From Thermodesulfobacteriota bacterium (GTDB lineage: Bacteria; Desulfobacterota_D; UBA1144; Nemesobacterales; Nemesobacteraceae): 64,000 nt of DNA. The stretch is from positions 672,001 through 736,000 of the forward strand of contig OZ241855.1 in the NCBI GenBank assembly GCA_965202785.1, written 5' to 3'. Positions 59,292 through 64,000 of the stretch are shown one piece after another (the stretch's first letter is position 1; each line of letters opens with the position of its first letter). Made by a program: the position numbers and the translations under genes. The notes beneath the pieces were generated by a model that was given only the letters and a program-made list of their open reading frames with translations, was not told the origin of the DNA and did no database searches.

Positions 59292-60200
59292 CTAGCTGCC
59301 CCCGTTTCCCTTTACAATCCTAGGTTCCGCAAGGGTTCCCTGGATCCTTCCGGAGAAGCTGCCGTCCCCTCGGGAACCGAGAAAACCGCCGACAAGAGCA
59401 AGCTTTACATCTTCCGGAGAAGGCCTGAACGTAACGGAGAGATCAAGGGCGGCTCCCTTCCTTAATCGAAGCGGAGATGGAGCTTTTCCCTCCGCCTGCA
59501 GGGACAGTTGCGGATTCGTCAGGGAAAACTTCTCGACTCGCGATTCAAAGCGGTTGGCGGTGCCGCGAAGCACCACGCTCAGGTTGCTGTATTCCTCCCC
59601 CAGCTCAAACTCCTGCACCTTGTCCACGGCAACCGAAAGAGAAGGAGAGGACACCAGATATTCCATCTTCGATATCCCTCCGCTTTCCCCCTCCCTGAGA
59701 AGCTTTATGGTTCCGTCGACCTTCCCGCTGACAGAAATTCCTCCGTCCCCCAGAAAAAGACGTGAAACGGCCGAAGATTCGACGGAATTTATATCCACTT
59801 CCGCGCTCGTAACCCTGTTTTTTTTCATGTTTTGTGAAACCTTGCCGTCTATCTTCCCGCCGTATGCGTCAACGGAAAAGGAAATCCGGGTGTCATCGGA
59901 AAAAATAACGGATAGAAGCCCGGCGCTCACCCTGGCCCTGTCAATCACAAGCGGCTTCCTTTCCCCGAGGATCACTCGGATGTTCCTGAGCTCAATCGAG
60001 GAAAGACCTTTTAGGTCCGCGTCTCCTATCAGAACCGGAACCGGGGAGTTGTCCTGAATCTCGAAGATGATCCTCCTTTCGACCGAGTCCCGCGGAAACC
60101 CCAAAAGAAGAAAAATCAGAAGAAACGCAAAGAAGACCCCGACATAGAGACGGACGGAGATTTTCTCTGGTATTTTGATTCCGGTCTTTATGTTCATCAT
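59292..60200 (-). CDS. gspN: Type II secretion system protein GspN (deltaproteobacterial type)
   Basis: TM then FP, AYGG.I.G, C-terminal I.GTL..P; follows gspL/M-like genes. Confidence 0.7.
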   Translation of the reverse strand: MMNIKTGIKIPEKISVRLYVGVFFAFLLIFLLLGFPRDSVERRIIFEIQDNSPVPVLIGDADLKGLSSIELRNIRVILGERKPLVIDRARVSAGLLSVIFSDDTRISFSVDAYGGKIDGKVSQNMKKNRVTSAEVDINSVESSAVSRLFLGDGGISVSGKVDGTIKLLREGESGGISKMEYLVSSPSLSVAVDKVQEFELGEEYSNLSVVLRGTANRFESRVEKFSLTNPQLSLQAEGKAPSPLRLRKGAALDLSVTFRPSPEDVKLALVGGFLGSRGDGSFSGRIQGTLAEPRIVKGNGGS

Positions 60201-60209
60201 TTTCTCCGG

Positions 60210-60848
60210 TCACGATTCGCTGAAGGAAAAAGTGGACAGGCGGAATGAGACGTCACTGAGGTTCGGGTTGTCGAACCTGGTTTTTATCCTGAGGTCCGAG
60301 ACCTTGAGTATGGTCTTGCTTTTCTGAAATGTATAGAGAACGTTAAGCACTCTGGGAACAGGCACCTTGTTTATCTTGATCAGGACTGCTCTTTCCCGGT
60401 TTATCCCCTTCCCCCTGACCGACGGGTTTGTTCCCCTTATGGAAAATGAACGGCGGTCTATGCCGTTTCTGACGAGCGCCTTCTCCGCGACCGAAATAAG
60501 CGCATCCCTTTCCTCCCTCATCGAACCGCTGACCTCGGCCAGAAGATCCCTCGAGTAGCGGTACTCATCCTTAAGGGACCTCATCTCGCTTAGCTGCAGT
60601 CTCACCTGGCTGACCTCGCTTTTTACCGCAGAACCCCCGGGGAAAACCGCCCTGTAGGCGGAAAAGAGTATGAAAAGGGCCAAGGCCGCGGCGGCTATCT
60701 TGAGGGCACGGACATCCCTTGTGGAGAATTCTCCCCTGTCTACGAGTTCTCTTACCCTCCGCGCCAAGGGCTCGGTTCTTTCCAGAACCGCTGAGAGAAG
60801 CGATTTCAATCCCTGCATCAGTCTTTGCATCAACCCCTCCATTCTCAC
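60210..60848 (-). CDS. gspM: Type II secretion system protein GspM-like
   Basis: S.RD + TM + coiled coil + ferredoxin-like C-terminus; coupled to the upstream gene. Confidence 0.65.
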   Translation of the reverse strand: MRMEGLMQRLMQGLKSLLSAVLERTEPLARRVRELVDRGEFSTRDVRALKIAAAALALFILFSAYRAVFPGGSAVKSEVSQVRLQLSEMRSLKDEYRYSRDLLAEVSGSMREERDALISVAEKALVRNGIDRRSFSIRGTNPSVRGKGINRERAVLIKINKVPVPRVLNVLYTFQKSKTILKVSDLRIKTRFDNPNLSDVSFRLSTFSFSES

Positions 60849-62311
60849 CTGACGACCATCGATATTTCGAATTTCAAGCCGCTGTTAACGGCCTTTCTGA
60901 CCTGCCCCATCTTCACCTGGGTGAAGCTGCCGGACTCCGAAAAGGCTTTCTCTATTGACGCTATCTCCTCGTAGGAATCGCTCCTGCCCCATATCTTGAC
61001 CCTGCCCCCGTCTTCGATCCTTATTTCGTCAACAGAGAAACTCACGTCTTTCGGAACGGCGGCGGAAACTGCCGTCAGCACCTCAAGCGGACTATGGGCC
61101 CCTCTTACCTGCTTAAGTATGTCAAGCTTGCGGTTGATGACCTCAAGCTTTCCCCTGTAAAAGGCGACCGGGTCCTGTGTCCCGACAGCCTCCGGAAACT
61201 CCCTCCTAAGATCCATCTCCATCTCGGAGCGTATGGAATTCATCTTGCTCCTGGCGGAGACCACTTCCGTCGCGCGCCCGAAAATAACCACAAGAAGCAG
61301 GGCGGCGCACAGGGCGACAGGAACCCGAAACTCCTTTAACAACCCTCCCGCCATCCCCCGCGGACTGTATCCGTTCCTTCTCAGGTTGAATTTTCCTCCC
61401 TTGCCGGAGGAACTTCCGTAAAGCGCAAGAGCGTACGCCCTTGCGAAAAAAGGAGAATCCTTGTGGCCGAGCTGCTCTATGAAAATTCTCTTTACCTCCC
61501 GGCCGAGCTGCTCGCTAAGTTCCCTCGCAACTCCTTCTACCTCGCATATCCCTCCAGTGAGAACCAGGCTCCTTGCTTCCTCTCCCGTCTCTCCCTCAAA
61601 ATAGCGCAGGGTGTTTCTTATCTCTTCCGCGATGAAGCGGCAGCTCTTGAGAAACGCCTTCCTTTTCTCCTCATCGCCGTTTATCTGGTCCAAGTCAAGG
61701 ACATCCGCAGCAAGGGATTTTTTCATTCTCCCGACGGCATCATCGCAGTTCCTTACCCTGCTGAGCCCGCTTTCGTCAAAAAACGAGAAATTGAGGTGGT
61801 CTTGGTCGGCATCTATAAGAAGGAGCGGTCTCGGCCCTTCAATAAGTTCCCCCAACGAAGAAAACGCAACAGGCGTGAAAGTCACCTGATCAGGATCCAC
61901 GCCAGACTCCTGCATGGAGCCCAGATAGCCCTCAAACACATCCTTCTCAAAAGCGGGAACTATGGCCTCGGACCCCTCCGGTCTCTTCACCTCGTGGTAG
62001 TCCGACAGCACGTCCTCCCCTAGGGCGAACCCGGTCGAGTTCTCAAGCTCGAAGCGGAAAACCCCCCTCAGCTTCTTTGAATCGGAGAAAGGAAATTTGA
62101 GGATCCTGAGAAGAAGCGGGGAAGAGCAGATTCCGGTAACGGCCCGGGTCCCCAGAGAAATTTCGCCTTTGAGAAAAGCTGATGTATCGCTGCTACCAAG
62201 CCCCCCGGTGAAAGAGGCCTTGCGGACTTCAGTCCCCTTGAGTCCTCTTCTTACTGTTACGGTCCTGACCTTTCCGCCGGAAAAATCGACTCCGATGAAT
62301 CCACCTAGCAT
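60845..62311 (-). CDS. gspL: Type II secretion GspL-like protein (PilM-like cytoplasmic + PilN-like periplasmic)
   Basis: IGVD start, R...FPF...K, LTGG, FNLR, single TM, SPLEVL..VS; start ATG 62311. Confidence 0.72.
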   Translation of the reverse strand: MLGGFIGVDFSGGKVRTVTVRRGLKGTEVRKASFTGGLGSSDTSAFLKGEISLGTRAVTGICSSPLLLRILKFPFSDSKKLRGVFRFELENSTGFALGEDVLSDYHEVKRPEGSEAIVPAFEKDVFEGYLGSMQESGVDPDQVTFTPVAFSSLGELIEGPRPLLLIDADQDHLNFSFFDESGLSRVRNCDDAVGRMKKSLAADVLDLDQINGDEEKRKAFLKSCRFIAEEIRNTLRYFEGETGEEARSLVLTGGICEVEGVARELSEQLGREVKRIFIEQLGHKDSPFFARAYALALYGSSSGKGGKFNLRRNGYSPRGMAGGLLKEFRVPVALCAALLLVVIFGRATEVVSARSKMNSIRSEMEMDLRREFPEAVGTQDPVAFYRGKLEVINRKLDILKQVRGAHSPLEVLTAVSAAVPKDVSFSVDEIRIEDGGRVKIWGRSDSYEEIASIEKAFSESGSFTQVKMGQVRKAVNSGLKFEISMVVR

Positions 62312-62327
62312 CTTAAAGGTACGAGGA

Positions 62328-63488
62328 TTATACCCTCGCCTGCCCCTCCGCCGCTCTGGCGTCAAGTTCCATTGGCATTATTACATTCACGTAGCCGTCC
62401 TGCTTTTCTCCTTCCTCGCAGGGGACTACGTAAACCGGGTTTTTGTGGCCGGAAAAACCGATTATCACTTCCGAGGACCCCACGGCGTCAAGAACGTCCT
62501 GGAAGTACGTGAAGTTGAAACCGAGCCTCACCTCATCCCCCGAATATTCAACCGGCATGCTTTCTTTCCCCTCGCCGGTGTTGAGATAGGCACCCAGAAG
62601 CAGGCTCCCTCCCCCGAAGGCCATCTCCACGAACCTTCCCCCGCCCCTCACGTTGTCCGCGGAAAAAAGAGAAACCCTTCTGAGCGCAACCAGAAGCTTG
62701 GAGGCATCGACCGTGACCGTGTTTTTCGTCGAGACCGGAACCACCTGCATGTAGTCTGGAAATTCAGCGTCAATCACCCTAGAAATGAAAACAAGGTTTT
62801 CATCATTTAACTCAAAAACGAAGAAGTTCCCGCTGCTCCCGACCCTGACTTCCTTAGAGAGACGAAGAAGCCTTCTTATCTCCATAACCGCTTTTTTGGG
62901 AACCAGAATATCCTTTGGCAGGTTAAGGTTCTCTATTTTTTCATCGACAAAGCTAAGCCTGTGGCCGTCGGTAGCGACAAGCCTGAGCGTCTGCTCTCCT
63001 CTTTTTTCGAAGAACACCCCAGAGAGGCTTCTTCTCATTTCATCATCGGAAACGGAAAAGACCGTCTTGGATATCATTTCCTCAAGCCTCTCGGAGGAAA
63101 CCTGGAAAAGGTTATCCGATGAAACCTCGGGCACTCTGGGGAAATCGTCGGCCGCAAGTCCCGCTATCTTGAAGGAACCCGAGCTGGTAACGACCTCGAT
63201 CCAGTTGTTCTCGGTAGCGGTAACCGAAATCTCCTCTTCCTCCTTGATCTCCCTGACAAGATCCGAAAGGATCCCGGCGGGTACCGCCATCTTGAATTCT
63301 CCTTCGGTCTGGGCATCGCAGAAAACCGTGGCCGTGTTTTCAAGATCAGTAGCTTCCAGAAACAGACCCTTCTCTGTAGAACTCATAAGAACATGGGAGA
63401 GAATCGGCATGGTGGTTCTTTTCTCCACGACTCCCTGGATCATTCCCAGCTTCCTTGAAAAATCTCCGCCTTTGATTTTAAACATCAT
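62328..63488 (-). CDS. dnaN: DNA polymerase III beta sliding clamp
   Basis: TMPILS, ATDLE, VATDGHRL, FPDY..V.P, VIMPM; start ATG 63488. Confidence 0.97.
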   Translation of the reverse strand: MMFKIKGGDFSRKLGMIQGVVEKRTTMPILSHVLMSSTEKGLFLEATDLENTATVFCDAQTEGEFKMAVPAGILSDLVREIKEEEEISVTATENNWIEVVTSSGSFKIAGLAADDFPRVPEVSSDNLFQVSSERLEEMISKTVFSVSDDEMRRSLSGVFFEKRGEQTLRLVATDGHRLSFVDEKIENLNLPKDILVPKKAVMEIRRLLRLSKEVRVGSSGNFFVFELNDENLVFISRVIDAEFPDYMQVVPVSTKNTVTVDASKLLVALRRVSLFSADNVRGGGRFVEMAFGGGSLLLGAYLNTGEGKESMPVEYSGDEVRLGFNFTYFQDVLDAVGSSEVIIGFSGHKNPVYVVPCEEGEKQDGYVNVIMPMELDARAAEGQARV

Positions 63489-63489
63489 C

Positions 63490-63880
63490 TTGAGAAGAAA
63501 ACCTCCGGTTACGGAAAAAACAGAAAGACTCTTCTTTCCTTTTTCCTTCGTGTATGTGCAAACAGTATCTCCATATGATAATAACCACTTTTCTCCCACA
63601 AAACCATAAACTGCAAGCCTTGATGTTTTTCCGCTACTACTTCTGATTCTTTGTAAGTTTTAAAGCCTTTTTAGTAGCCGTAGTCGTAGTTGCTGTGAAA
63701 AAGGTGAAATCAGTGAAATTGCCCTAAACATCTAGGTTTTTCGGCTCGGGGCGTGTTTATAACTTTTCTTTTTCCCAACAGATATTCACATCTCCCTCTT
63801 TTGTTCGTTCCACGCCTGTGGGGAAACAAGGATTCTTGCACAGTGTTTTCAGTTTTCTCTGACAGGCTGTTTCTTGGCTG
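63490..63880. other. Chromosomal replication origin (oriC) between dnaA and dnaN
   Basis: AT-rich intergenic; degenerate DnaA boxes (TCTCCCACA 63592, TGTGAAAAA 63694, ATATTCACA 63782, TGTGGGGAA ~63817); TAG-trio run at 63672-63692 next to a box. Confidence 0.8.
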
Positions 63881-63882
63881 GT

Positions 63883-64000
63883 TCAGGATGTGATGAACTT
63901 CTCGAGGGTGGTTGAGATCGCCGTGACGGCGTTTGAGACCGAGGGATCCCGTCCGATCTTCTTTTCAACGTTCTTCACTGCGTGGACTACCGTGGAGTGG
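63883..64000 (-). CDS. dnaA: Chromosomal replication initiator DnaA, 3' end only
   Basis: Hand translation HSTVVHAVKNVEKKI...* (domain IV signature), upstream of dnaN. Confidence 0.92.
   Translation of the reverse strand, partial: HSTVVHAVKNVEKKIGRDPSVSNAVTAISTTLEKFITS

Overview
Bacterial chromosome segment (GC-rich core genes, AT-richer accessory islets) ending at the replication origin: dnaA 3' end, oriC, dnaN. It is a diderm (TolC, MlaD, an outer-membrane beta-barrel, T2SS gspL/M/N). My unverified impression from gene content and codon style is a Desulfobacterota-related lineage such as Ca. Dadabacteria. Core genes include purH, dapL, groES/groEL with a CIRCE box, mutS, leuA, queF, hisB/H/C, pheA, tyrA, msrB, cofC and three tRNAs (Gly-CCC, Gln-CTG, Met-CAT). 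Most notable: (1) a murQ-anmK-nagZ peptidoglycan-recycling operon coupled to a sodium:solute symporter, with no ampG; (2) two paralogous RTX-repeat proteins that carry lipoprotein signal peptides, one with a collagen-like stalk, plus a zincin lipoprotein, each in its own AT-rich islet; (3) three toxin-antitoxin-type loci where the toxin is broken or lost and the partner is intact; (4) a self-contained candidate sRNA with anti-Shine-Dalgarno motifs downstream of groEL; (5) an alpha-before-beta AccA-AccD fusion with an expanded zinc finger; (6) many remnants of mobile DNA (traW, C5-methyltransferase, TIGR04255-like). No CRISPR array, rRNA or intact transposase/integrase was seen. All calls come from motif recognition by eye; no searches were run.
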